Origin: Octopus sinensis
Taxonomy: Eukaryota
Length of the DNA: 64,000 nucleotides
NCBI RefSeq assembly: GCF_006345805.1
Contig: NC_042998.1
Coordinates: forward strand, 31,124,001-31,188,000
Direction of reading: 5' to 3'
Positions 12,001 to 26,500 of the stretch are shown piece after piece; within the stretch, counting starts at the first letter, position 1; each line of letters opens with the position of its first letter. Made by a program: the position numbers and the translations under genes. Below the pieces are notes generated by a model. The model searched no databases. It saw only the letters and a program-made list of their open reading frames with translations, and was not told the DNA's origin.

Positions 12001-15000
12001 CAAAATGATTCAAAAATAGTATTCTTGAAAACAATAGATTCCAAAATGATAAATTCCAAAATTTTAAAAACCGCAAGAATTTAGTTGTCAACCCAATATA
12101 TTTTGCATGATGTTTTGATCTCGTAAGAAATAACCAAACAGATCAAACATATTTTGTTGAAGTTCTGATCCCTGCTTTAGTTTCTGTCATAAAAATTTGT
12201 CTTACTGAACTGATCCATATTACTGTCAGTTGTAATAGCCTTGAAATATACTGCTGCTGCTGATGATGATGACAATGATGAAGGGGGAGGAGGAAATATT
12301 TGTTGGCTCACAGCATAAAAGACTCATGGTTGTTTTTTCCTTGTTAAGAAACTAAAGAAAATATGTTCTTAAATTAACTTCATCTTTCATTTTAACTTTG
12401 TTTTATATGATGATGACAACAATGATTTCTCATACAAAAGTATAGAGTGTTTGCTTTTATAAAATTGTCTAGGTTAAATGTATGCTTGTAAGTTACAGAA
12501 ACTTAGTTAGCAGACCTGTTTCTTCTTATTGTGTATTTTTTATAATTCTTATACAAACTCAAATTTTAGGTGAACCTTCTTGGAGTACTTGGGAACTATG
12601 GAGTACTTGCACATCAACTTGTGGTAAAGGATGGCAAGTAAGAAGGAGATCTTGTACTAATGGAGTTACAGAAAGTACAAAATGTGATGGAAAAGGTCTA
12701 GAAATGCAGAGCTGTATCATCAAGAACTGTACAGTAGAAGGTAAAAATTATAACAACTCTACTGATATTCTAAGTTGATAGTTATGCTTCCAAATAAATT
12801 GAACAAAATGCAAAACATTTATATTTTACACTGATTCCAGCAAATGAAACATGTGTTGTTGTGTAACCTCAGGTCACTTCTGGTTTGTATGTAGTCAATC
12901 AAATGACTAGGTGTGATCGACAAACCTATTATTCTAAATAGATCATGTCTTTGGCTAGTTGAGGAACATGTCAAATAACTGATCAATTGATAATGCTTTC
13001 TTATATTCTAATACTTAAGATGACATATGAAATCTTTATATATAAAAGTCAAGTTGTGTGTCTGTCTCCTACGATTTAGATTCCTAACTACTCCCACATT
13101 TTGCGGTGCAGTTTAACCAAAACCAGGTATCTTATAGTCGTGATTCATATCAAGCCCTTCTGGGTATTAGCACACGTCTACGATGAGTCTACGATTTAAA
13201 AAAAAATTTACCATCATTTTTTTCCATTTTAATGCATTTTTTCGCTATTATATAAGGGAAGTAACTCTCTAAAAATGACTACGATGAGTCAATGATTTAA
13301 AAAAAAATTTACCATCATTTTTTTCCATTTTTAATGCATTTTTTTGGCTATAACTCTAAAAATGCTTATATAGTTATTTCCCTTACAAACCCGAGCAACG
13401 CCAGGAGATACTGCTAGTGGTTATATAAAAAAAAATCATGATATGAATACTGTTTTATATGGTGCCTCTTCCAAATTTACATTTGAGATCCATCTGATAT
13501 ATGCCTTATCGGTTTCAGAAATAGTTTTATACCCTGCCAACATTGAAGTGACTATACAGTGCAAAACTAGATAGTCTGCCTCTTATGGAGATATCTAATA
13601 TTCTGGGCCTATAAGAATTTATGATAACCCAGTCAATGCTGGTTAGTCTTTTTTCCTCCATGGCATGATCTTAGCCTGCTTACATCAATATATGGTAGTT
13701 AAAGTAACTATGTGACTCTAAAAGCAAAGTCAGCTAAGATTCAATTATGTTGACCAGCAGAAAGAAAGATGGGAAAACTAAAAGTAATTCAAATCCTGTG
13801 TCCAGATAAAGATGTCAATTTTACTACTGGACTCACTCCTCTAAAGAATGAGAACAAATTAGATAAAACTTACCATTAGTATTGACAGTGTCATAACACA
13901 AAGAAATATTTTATGAGCAAATACAACTGCTTAAAATAAATTCCATTTCATTTCAATTTTATTAACTATATTCTTATGTTCATAAAATTGTGTTTTAGTT
14001 TTATGATTTGATATTCAGTGAATTTGGGTAAAATAAGAGTAATATGGTTTCATTTGTTTTCCAAAAACAGCTTAAAATTCAATTTTCAAGACATTTTTGT
14101 AATCTTATTCTTTATATCCTATACAATCAAACAGTGATATGTAAACTAAAATTTAATAAAAGAAGAAAAAAACATTAAAATTTTTTTATTAATATTTTAT
14201 TACAGAGTGCCCTCAAGGAAAGATATGGTCTAATTGTTCAAATGATTGTCAGCAAACATGTATAGAAAAAAAAATGGGAGCAGAAATATGTCACGAGTCA
14301 GACAGTTGTATACCAGGATGTGTATGTCCAACAGGTTACTTAGAACAGTATAATGACTGTGTTTTAGAAGAAGACTGTTATTGCTATGATAAATTTGGAA
14401 ATGCTATCGGCGAAAATTACCCACAAGAAATTCATGGTGCCTGTGAACGTTGGTGAGTTTTCTATTGTTTGAGCTGTACATATTTAGCATATGTCTATCT
14501 GTCAGTTTAAATTAAATATAAAGTTTTAATATTTTTAATCACTAGAAAGTGATAAAAGTAACTCAAGGTTCAAGTGTTTTGGGTATGGCATTTATCAAAC
14601 TATGAAAAGTGCCATAAATGAAACTTTTAAGTCCTTGTGTCACATTTATAATTTCTGCTGATAAAAATAATGACTATATATATTCATGTATCATGTTCTA
14701 TTTTTCCTACTTTTTCCATTAAATCTAGTCCTTTAACTGAAAAATGGGTAAGGGTTGGTGACAGGTAGAGCATACAGATGGATGATAAAATATATATATG
14801 CAAGTTTGTTTTTGTTGACTTGAAGAAAACCTTCAATAGAGTCACTTCCTCTTTAATCTAATGAGAGCTGCCCAAACCCTGTACAAGGTTGATGTTAGTA
14901 AGGTGAGAGTTAACAATAAGTATAGTAACAAAGTTAGTGTAAAGGTAGAAGTTCATCAGGGCTTGACTGTCAGTCCCCTCCTATTTATCATTATCCTCCA

Positions 15001-17218
15001 GGCCATAACAGAGGAGCTTAAAATTAATTGCCAGGTAACTCCTTTATGCTGATGATCTTCTTATAGCTGAATCTGCAGCAGTATTATAAAGAAATTCCAG
15101 GTGTGGAAGCAAAACCTGGAATTGATCCAGCTATGTGCCTGCACATTGCTACCATCTTGGTGACATGTACATGAAATGATGCATCATTATTCATATCTAT
15201 TTTCAAGTCATGCACTGTTTAACTTTTCAATTGTGGCTATTTTTGATCCTTTGGTCTGAAGTATCTTTGTTGTGGTATGTTATGAAAAATGACTGATAGC
15301 AAAATACTTGAAATTTTTCTGCATTGTATGTTGGTTTCTTCAGCATACATATAAGAGATAGAACATCCATAAAGTAATTCAACTAATACTGAAAGATATT
15401 ATATAAATTTAAATATATTATTACTAACATTATGCTCAAAATTTCTATACTAAATAATATACATAAAAAAAATACACATTAAAACAACGGCGCGCATTTT
15501 GTGACTATGTATATGAATCTACAATATTAAAATTGATAATCAAAAATTAATATTTCTTTGATCCAATGATACATAGCTACTCTTCAGGTCTCAATATCAT
15601 AAAATAAATTTACAACTTAAATGAAGACGTTATAATTACACTATACTTTATAAATAATTGATAAGATTTAACAATATTAAAGAAAAGTATGAGCATGACT
15701 TATCTTTTTGACGAGCACCAGTCAAGTCCGCAAATTAAAGAGGGCTACTGAAGTTATGTCCTCTATTTATATGATTTCCCAAGTAAGGGAGGTAATTCTT
15801 ATTTATTGAATACCAGTACCAAAGAAAATACTATCTTCTATTTAAGGTTTTCGGAGTAGGGGAGATAATCATAAAAATACTTCAAATATTAAAAATAGGA
15901 AAAATAGCAAAAAATATATAAAGGAAATAAGTTTAATTTCTGTGGCTAATTTATTTAGATAAATAAGTACTCAGACAAAATTTACTGGTTTTTGTGAAAA
16001 GTAAAAACATTATTTATCTTATTTATGTCAGTTAAATTGAATTTTATACATTAAGCTAAAAATTAAACTTATAATATAAAATTTATAATTTACAAACTTG
16101 TTATTAAAATTATACTAAACTAAAATTATACTAAAACCATGTTAAAAATTAACTATAATTTTATTGTTACAAGAATTCTATAACTTTAAATCAATACATA
16201 AATAATAATTTTAGGACTGATAAGTAGAACTATGTATTATAACGTTGCAAATCGAAATTTTAACCGTTAAACTAACATTTGCCGTTGCAAAAAAAATTCT
16301 ATTAATTATAAATCTGACAAAAATTATTACAACAGGGGAACTATACAGAAATATATATTTTAACTGATATATATACAGACATGACAAGTAAATAGACACA
16401 CTTATAATCATTAAAATATATTTAAATCTGAAATTATACATTCAAATTTTTTTGATATGAATAACATTCTACTTTGATAGTAGTTGAATAATATCCTTAG
16501 GGTCGCAATTTACTCACAAGCAGCATCTTTCAGAGTTTGTTGCTAATTCAGTTTTTAACCAGATTGAAAACTAAATATTTTTGAAGAGGACTGGTCCCTA
16601 GCTGCATTTTGACCTAAAAAAACTGAGATTGGGTCCAGTAGAAAAAAGCTTACATGGAAATTTGTAGCAATCTTATATGAGAGTAAGTCACGCCACCAAT
16701 CAAGTTTAGATCTAAATAACATTCTTTTATTTTAAAAGCAAAATAAATTTATCTTCATATATGTCTCGTTTCTCTGTTTTTTTTTCATTGTCCACAAAAC
16801 AGATCGTTTCTATGTTTTTGTTTTTGTTTTCATTTCTCATTGTGCTCAACGATTTTTTTGTCCGGTACCCATATATGCATGTATATATATGTATATATGT
16901 AGGTATGTACATATATGTATATATTATGTTTATATATCATTAATATATATACATATATACATACATTTATATAAATATACAGATATATATATATACATAC
17001 ATACATATATCATCATCATCATTTAATGTCCATTTTCCGTGCTAGCATGGGTTGGTCGGTTCGACCGGGGTTTGGGAAACCAGGAGGCTGCACCAGGCTC
17101 CAGTCTGATCTGGCAGTGTTTCTACAGCTCGATGCCCTTCCTAACGCCAACCACTCCGTGAGTGTAGTGGGTACTTTTTATGTGCCATCAGATATATATA
17201 TGCATACATAAATATATG

Positions 17219-17266
<48 letters not shown>

Positions 17267-17541
17267 CATACATATATATCTACACAAATAGATATATACA
17301 TACACACACACACACATATATATATATACACATACACACACACACATATATATATTTACACATATATACACACATACACACACATATATATATATATATA
17401 TTTACACATATATACACACATACACACATATATATTTACACATATATACACACACACACACACATATATATTTACACATATATACACACACACATATATT
17501 TACACATATATACACACACACACACACATTTACACATATAT

Positions 17542-17578
<37 letters not shown>

Positions 17579-17617
17579 CATACATACATATATATCTACA
17601 CAAATAGATATATACAT

Positions 17618-17648
<31 letters not shown>

Positions 17649-18108
17649 CACATACACACACACCACATATATATATATTTACACATATATACACACATAC
17701 ACACACATATATATATATATATATTTACACATATATACACACATACACACATATATATTTACACATATATACACACACACACACATATATATTTACACAT
17801 ATATACACACACACCATATATTTACACATATATACACACACACACACACACATTTACACATATATACCACACACACACACATATATATATATACACATAC
17901 ACACACACACATATATATATATTTACACATATATACACACATACACACACATATATATATATATATATTTACACATATATACACACATACACACATATAT
18001 ATTTACACATATATACACACACACACACATATATATTTACACATATATACACACACACACATATATTTACACATATATACACACACACACACACATTTAC
18101 ACATATAT

Positions 18109-18149
<41 letters not shown>

Positions 18150-21100
18150 ATAAAATTAGAGAGTATAACTCCAAACTTAGAGGGAAAAATTCAATTTAGT
18201 ATTAAATCAAATTTCATAATATAAATATATAAAGTATAAATTAGAGATAAAACCACTATTATGCAACTCAAACGGTGATAGACATTAACCAAAACATAAA
18301 TAACAAATAATATATATTTTTATAAAACATATAACATAACTAAATCTTAAAAAGTATAAAAATGAATGATCAATATATAATAAGTAAAAAAAAACCTACG
18401 TACATTTCATGGCTACAATTAAATTCAAATTACAATTAAGTTTAAATTCAATTGAAATAAATTTGATTTAAAATTATAGTCAATCTTCAGGTTAATGATA
18501 ATAGTTAAATAAATAAGCAAATAGAGTTAAACAATAATTATTTAAAAAATAAATAAAATAATTTTTCTTATAGAAAAAAACTCCAAACATTAGGATTATT
18601 TCCTACAACACATTTATTATGTTATTTTTAATTTTTAAGGTAAAAAATAGATAGAAATATGTATTTATCTTTGAAGATATAATTTGGCTTTAAAAAACAC
18701 ATAATAAACTATCAAATATCTTTAACTCAGTTATACTCCAATATTCAATTACCAAATTATTTAACAAAATAATCACTATTAATATTTTTATATTTAAGTT
18801 CACATCTAATAATTATGAAATAATAAATACATAAAAATTATAATCAACAAATATAGCAATTAAAAATCTAAAATTTTCTCTATCAATAAATATATAATCA
18901 TATAACTAAAAATAAATAAATTAGTCCATTATTACTTGCATAAATATTATAAATATCTACAGAATATATTTATGGAATACAATATAAAAATGTATAACCT
19001 ATCTTTAAAATAAATCATATTACTATTTTACGATCTATATACCACAGTGACTAACTATATTAAAATTTATGTTCAGTTATAATAATTATATGCTAATAAT
19101 AATTAAATAAATGTATATATCTAAATTATCATTAACAACTAAAATAATTATAAATTCAAATTTCACAATCAATAGTTATATAGAATACAATAAAATTTCT
19201 TAAATAAAAAAGTTTACTTAACTCTTGAAAAGCATGTCATTAAGTAAAATTTCAAAACGGAAAAGTCTTTTTAAGCGTTTATAAAAAAACTCGTGGAATT
19301 ACATTATTAACAGAAATAGAACATACAGATGGAAATATTCCTTTATCAATGAAAACGGATATATTTTATCAATGAAAACAAATATATTTTAGCAATGAAA
19401 TCTACGAATATATTTTAGCTTTAATAAATAAAGAGAACAAAGTCACTAACAGATAATATAATCTATACATTATAATATCTTTCACTATAAACCTATAATA
19501 TATAATTAACTACGATAAATTATACTCAAAACTCTATAAATTAAAATAATTTATATAACTACCCTTTACTGTATATTCTCTAATAATCTTATACCAATTC
19601 ATTTATTTCAAATATATAAAATAATGTGGTTACGTTGGAGTCAAATCTTTATTTAAATAAAACAATTTTTAGACCCATTCAATATTAACTCAGTAGTAAT
19701 TCAATCATTATGTATATTATGACCACTAATTAATAAACTTAAATTAATTTAAAAACTATAATATAATTAAAATTCATTAATAAATAATATTAATTAATTA
19801 AACATCTAAATAAATCTACTTCAAAATATATAATATAAATACATTTTGATTAAAATAAAAAATTTATTACAAACTATAAACTTAACTGTCGTTTATAATA
19901 AATATATATTATATATATAGAGGCGCAATGGCCTAGTGGTTAGGGCAGCGGACTCGCGGTCGCAGGATCGCGGTTTCGATTCTCAGACCGGGCGTTGTGT
20001 GTGTTTATTGAGCGAAAACACCTAAAAGCTCTACGAGGCTCCGGCAGGGGGTGGTGATCCCTGCTGTACTCTTTCACCACAATGGCGGTGCCCCAGCATG
20101 GCCACAGCTCAAGAGCTGAAACTGGAAAAACAAAAACAAAACAAACAAAAAAATATTAATACTCAAAACAAATGCTAAAATAATAATAAATTAAACTTAT
20201 TATATAAGTAACGTAATTTATATTTAGATCAAATACTTCGCTCATTAATTGAATAAATAAAGTACCTATCATTATAAATAAATAGTACATAAAGAAAAAA
20301 TTATTTTACTACACATTCAAAATTATTTAACGTTACTAAAACTATTACCAAAAGAGATATATATACTTAATACTATTAATTTTAGTAGATATTTAATAAT
20401 CATAATAATAACAATAATAAAATAATAACAATATCAACCACAACAAATGAAATAACTATCTTTTAATCTATATTCATTAAATAAATTATATATTTAGTAA
20501 TAAAATAAACATCTAAATATAATCTAACTATAAGTATTTAAAGAACCTTTACTAACTCTTATTGACTTATACTCAAACCACCTACAGAAGTGCAATCACA
20601 ACACTACTATAATCAATTAATTTATTTAATAATAAATATTAAATTAGACTTATTAAATTATGTAATATACAATAAAAATCACATGCTAAATTTTAGAATT
20701 AATACTAGTACAAAATATAACTACAAATTAGAAACAAAAATAGGTTTTAAATATAGTCGCTATTTATCTAAAAATTTATTATATAAAGTAATTTGTGTCT
20801 ACATTTAATTTTACATTCGTCAAATGAATTAACTAATTTATTATGATTATTAAATAATATTTCTTTAAATTCACTAGAACATAAAAAACAGGAATTACTA
20901 CCTATACTATATGATTTCGCCTTACAAATTATCTCCCACTTTCAATTATACTTAATTCATTGTACCTTAAAAATTAAATATTTAGCATATTAAATGTGTT
21001 GTAGGAAATAATCCTAATGTTTTAAGTTTTAAATTTAGTTAATGGAGTTTTTTTCTATAAGAAAAATTATTTTATTTATTTTTTAAATAAATAGTTTAAC

Positions 21101-23208
21101 TCTATTTGCTTATTTATTATTATATCATTAACCTGAAGATTGACTATAATTTTAAATCAAATTTATTTCAATTGAATTTAAACTTAATTGTAATTCGAAT
21201 TTAATTGTAGCCATGAAATGTACGTAGGTTTTTTTACTTATATATTGATCATTCATTTTTATACTTTTTGAGACCTAGTTATAAGTTATATGTTTTATAA
21301 AAATATATATTATTTATTATTTATGTTTTGGTTTATGTCTGTCACTGTTTGAGTTGCATAATAGTGATTTTATCTCTAATTTATATTTTATATATATATA
21401 TACATATATTGGAAGGTAGGGCCCTCTTTGAATTGGAATTTTGGTCTTTTTCATAGGTCGCTACATAGTCTACATTTGATTGTGTATGCAACTTTCCATT
21501 AGCCAATATTGTTCTATTGATTTCTTTTGTCACTTTTCATAATTGGACGTGTATGTGGATGAATATATATATTTGTGAAAGAGAGAGAGAGAGAGAGGAT
21601 ATGTAATACCAAATTCATACCTACTCAACCAAATTATATTTCTTTGATATTTCAGTACATGTACAGATGGAGAAATCGTTTGTACTAATATCACTGACGA
21701 CTGTAAGTAATTTTCCTTCACTCTTTTTATCAACATATTTTTCTCTTCCGTATCTATACTACTTTTTACTTTGGGAGAACACCACCTTATCTTTAATCTA
21801 TATATTTCATTATGAATATATAAAATTTATATCCATTTAAAAAAAGACAGTGAAGTGAATTGATAAGCCCACATACAACATCTAAATGTATATCTTTTTA
21901 CCTCTGCTGAAATTATATTTGTGTCACATAAATGTAAATTTAGTGTACAAATTAATTATTGAGTATTAATTGAAACAGCTGTAAGAAGTGAAGATGATCA
22001 ATATGTTGTTTATAATAAACAATTATTCACTTTTCTTCTTTTCAATGGATATAAACTATATGCTTTATACATACCTATTGTTTCAAGGGAATTTTTTTCC
22101 CAAAAAATACTAGGTATTAAACCAGTATTTTGCTTGAAATCAACCATCCCTTCACAAGGTTAACATATGCTCTAATTAAATTTTATATATATACATATAT
22201 CATCATCATCATCATCATTTAATGTCTACTCTCCATGGGTTAGATGGTTTGCCAGGAACTGATGAGCCAGAGCTGCACCAGGTTCCAGTCTGATCTGCCA
22301 TGTTTCTACAGCTGGATACCATTCCTAATGCCAACCACTCAAGGTGTGACCACAATTTATGGGTGCCATTTACATGATACCATCAATGATCCTGAGTCAC
22401 GGGTGGCATTTACATGACACCATCAATGCACAGGTGCCATTTATATGTATATATATATATATATTTACACACACACACAAATAATACCTATATATATATA
22501 TATATATACATATGCATACATATAGGGGCGTAGGAGTGGCTTTGTGGTAAGTAGCTTGTTTACCAACCACATGGTTCCAGGTTCAGTCCCACTGCGTGGC
22601 ACCTTGGGCAAGTGTCTTCTACTATAGCCTTGGGCCGACCAAAGCCTTGTGAGTGGATTTGGTAGACGGAAACTGAAAGAAGCCCATCGTATGAACGTAG
22701 CCATTGCCAGCGCCGCCCCAACTGGCCTCGTGCCAGTGACACGTAAAAAGTACCATCCAATCGTGGCCGTTGCCAGCCTCGTCTGGCACCTGTGCCGGTG
22801 GCACGTAAAAGCACCAACTACACTCACAGAGTGGTTGGCATTAGGAAGGGCATCCAGCCATAGAAACATTGCCAGATCAGACTGGGCCTGGTGCAGCCTT
22901 CTGGCTTCCCAGACCCCAGTTGAACCGTCCAACCCATGCTAACATGGAAAGCGGACGCTAAACGATGATGCTGATGATGTATGTGTATATGTTTGTGTGT
23001 CGGTGTTTGTCCCCCATCATTGCTTGACAACCGATGGTGGTGTGTTTACACCCCCTTAACTTAGCAGTTCGGCAAAAAAGCCCGATAGAATAAGTACTAG
23101 GCTTCCAAACAATAAGTCCTGGGGTCGATTTGCTCGACTAAATTATATATTGATCCAGCATGGCCACAGTCAAATGACTGAAACAAGTATAAGAGTAAAA
23201 GAGTATTT

Positions 23209-23239
<31 letters not shown>

Positions 23240-23539
23240 CTAGCACTATGACCCGGCAACGGTGGGGAGCAGCTTTTTATGAAAAAATTTTTGAACCTTG
23301 CTTCCTAAACCAGAACTGACTTTGGCCTAGGACTTTGTTTCTGTTTATAATTTTTAAATAATATTCAGCTGAAAAGGTGATTTAAGGGAGATTTAGCTAT
23401 CGCTTCTCGCATGTCCCAAGACCACCTGGTTGGTATCTTCCTCATTTCTTTGTCATTCTGACATATATTGATATTTTTCAATATTCTTCTCCCCAGAAAA
23501 ATATTTTTCCCTTCACCTGTATTGTTTGACTTTTGAACT

Positions 23540-23590
<51 letters not shown>

Positions 23591-26500
23591 TACATACATA
23601 CATACACACACAAAATTTAATAAATTTCTCTTATATCCTTTTTAAAGATAATGTTTAATTTGGAAAAAAATATTCCACATTAAAATTATTTCTGTATTAG
23701 CTTTGCAGGAAGAACTGTTGTATAACTAAAAAGAAAGTGATAGCTGTAATACAAACATTCTGGAACATTTAAAAAAAAATTATCTGATGAGCTAGCGCTT
23801 CCCATTTTCTCTTAGATTGAATAATTTCAATAATCAGATGAATTTTGGAATTAATATCATACTGTTTCATCTAATGAAGCTTAAAGATTGGACAGAAACC
23901 ATTGAGAAAAATTAAGTTGATTTGTTATATGTTCCCGAGGAAGAAAGCAGTCAGCAATGAAGTCTGATAGTAATTGCAGATAAAGTGGATATGTGGCATC
24001 CACTGGCAATACTAAAAGGGTATATACAGTAAACTCAGCACAAAGAACAATATGTTTTTGCAGCATTATTAAAAGAAACATAGTGGACATTCACCAGATT
24101 ATGGACCAATGGTTGTAGTATGTTCAAAAGAGATGAGGCTAACATATCAAATGTTTTTTCACCTTGTTTAGAATATAATCTAAAATATGCATATGCAAAT
24201 ATGTACATTATCCTCAATACATGAGTAGTAATCTTATGTAAGATATAATTAAGATTTGTGAAAAGCTTTTGAGTGCTACAGAATGTTTGCGACTGAAATT
24301 AAACTAAGCATTTTTGATGTAGTTTTGCCTATGTAAATACCAAATAGAAAAACAGAAATTATATAATTAAATCATACTTCGATAACAAGTAGACTTTATC
24401 TGTTATATTGCTTCACAAGTTTAACATTTTAGGGTTCAAATTAAAAAAAAAAAGAAAACAAAGTATTTGACAATTTTTCTGTAAGGCGTAATACAACTAT
24501 TTGTCTTTCAGGCATATTTAGCAAAAGAAATATTTTGATAATTCTGGGAGATATAATTAAAAAAAAAACCATCAAATACTGCTTTTGGAACAGTTTACAG
24601 TGAGTAGAGGGACAGTCTTTTAATAATTGTATTTTTTTTTTGTATTCATTATTTGGCTCTTTGCTGGTTAAATAAGTCATTTACAAAATGATTGCTTATT
24701 TTGTTGAAATTTTGTCTTTCAGGTTGTTCTTATTCTGAATGGTCTTCATGGGGTGCATGCAGCAAAACTTGTGATGAGGGTTTAAGATATCGTCACAGGT
24801 AAATTTACATTAAACAAGATTTTCAAATTTATTTACTTTTAAATTGAAATCTAATACATATATTAAGCAGATTTTCATCTATATTGCTTTAATTTCTACA
24901 AGATACATTCTTGGCAATGTAGCATAGAAACAGTAGAGCTTTCTCTATGCTAAATGAGAGTTCAAACACATACATGCATACACATAGTACAAAAGGTATA
25001 CCAAAACACACAACACATTACTAACAAGTATGCGTACAATAAATCAGTTTTATATTCAGTTCCTACTTTTAATGTCTTAGTCTTCGAAACTCCAGATAGA
25101 CTCAAATATAGAACTTGCATGCAAAATATAGAAAAGGAACACAGAAAAACATGGTATTAATGATTTATATAATGTACATGTTTTGTGAGATTAGCAGACA
25201 TCAATTACATGAGCATAAACCTCATTTACATAGCAAATGCTACTGCTCTCTTTTCCAGGTTTATAATCTTAAGAATATTACTTTTCATGCTCGCATTTTT
25301 CCATGTAATATATATATATACATACAGTTACTTTATCTCATTAATTTGGTCTTAATGACCATTCTTATTACAGAATACTAGAAGATGGAAATATAAACTG
25401 TACAAGAAACATTGAGGAATATATTCCCTGTATTGTTCGATCATGTCCATCTGTCTGCAATATTTCTGACATTGGGTTTGATAATTCTGAATTGATGCGA
25501 GAAGATATTTGTGAAAAATGGTAAGTTAGGCTCATTAAATTTTTTTGTTTTCTTCTTCATATTTTTTTCACAACCATCAAACGATGGTTGCAATCTGTGA
25601 ACAGTCTTGAGTAGGGACCAGAAAGAGAAGTATGAACATGCTATGTGCATGTTCACACTGAATTCATAAAACAGAAAAGAAGAATAAAAATGCAACGAAC
25701 ATGTCAAAATGAAATGGAAGTTGAGAGTAAAAGAAGATATATGATGGTCTGCATGCCACATTAGCCATCAATATCAGGCAGCTTTGCTGCAATTTTCTTG
25801 TAATTATAGAGGCAATGATAACAAAATTTTAAGTAGTCCTTGATGTAGGTTAAAATCATAATAGCTATGGCTCCTGTAATGAATTCTAAAATCTTACTAT
25901 GAAATATAAGCATGCATTCATACTGGCTGTTTGTATGTATATATCGCCAGTAGATTATATATCCAAATATGAAACACACTCTAAAGCAGTAATGTGTTTA
26001 TAAGTCTGTCTGGTCAAAGAGTGACCAATGGTTTTGCATTCACAAAGGCCTTAGCCCTGTGGGCATCTCATCAGACTCTAAAGCCGAAGACAAATGTAAC
26101 TCTTCACCTCTTGGAGGCAGGAATCCATTATGGTTATTTAGTCAGTTAGTCAGCAAAGAATAGTCCTGGGTCGTGAGGATGGGTTATCTCCCTTAGACCA
26201 GTTTCTCATGAACCAAAAGCGTGGTGTAGGGGCAAGGAATTTATCCCTTATGCTGCTTTTGGATCCTAATGGCCTTTTTAATATGAGAAATCCCATGCTT
26301 GCAGAATGTAGTGCTTAAAATGGATGCATACTGTGAAGATTTTTTGGCAAGTGCTCAGTGATTCAGGTTGTCTTTGAGTATCCTTGCTCGCTCAGCTATA
26401 CAAAGCTTGCAGCGTTCACTCCTGTTAATGTAGGATCCCAGCAACTCGAAGATCTTCCACTTGATATCGAATGAGGTCCCTTCATCTTAGAGGCTTCATG

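Noticed and set aside
18150-21400. Nuclear mitochondrial insertion (NUMT) or AT-rich endosymbiont DNA
   Set aside because: I found no recognisable rRNA, tRNA or respiratory-chain motifs, whereas PLE-like motifs and ribozyme-bearing inverted ends were found. A BLAST search is needed to exclude it fully.
21703-21712. Alternative donor at 21707 (TGTAA|gtaatt)
   Set aside because: It gives phase 2, which is incompatible with the phase-1 exon at 24723; the GTAAGT donor at 21703 fits.
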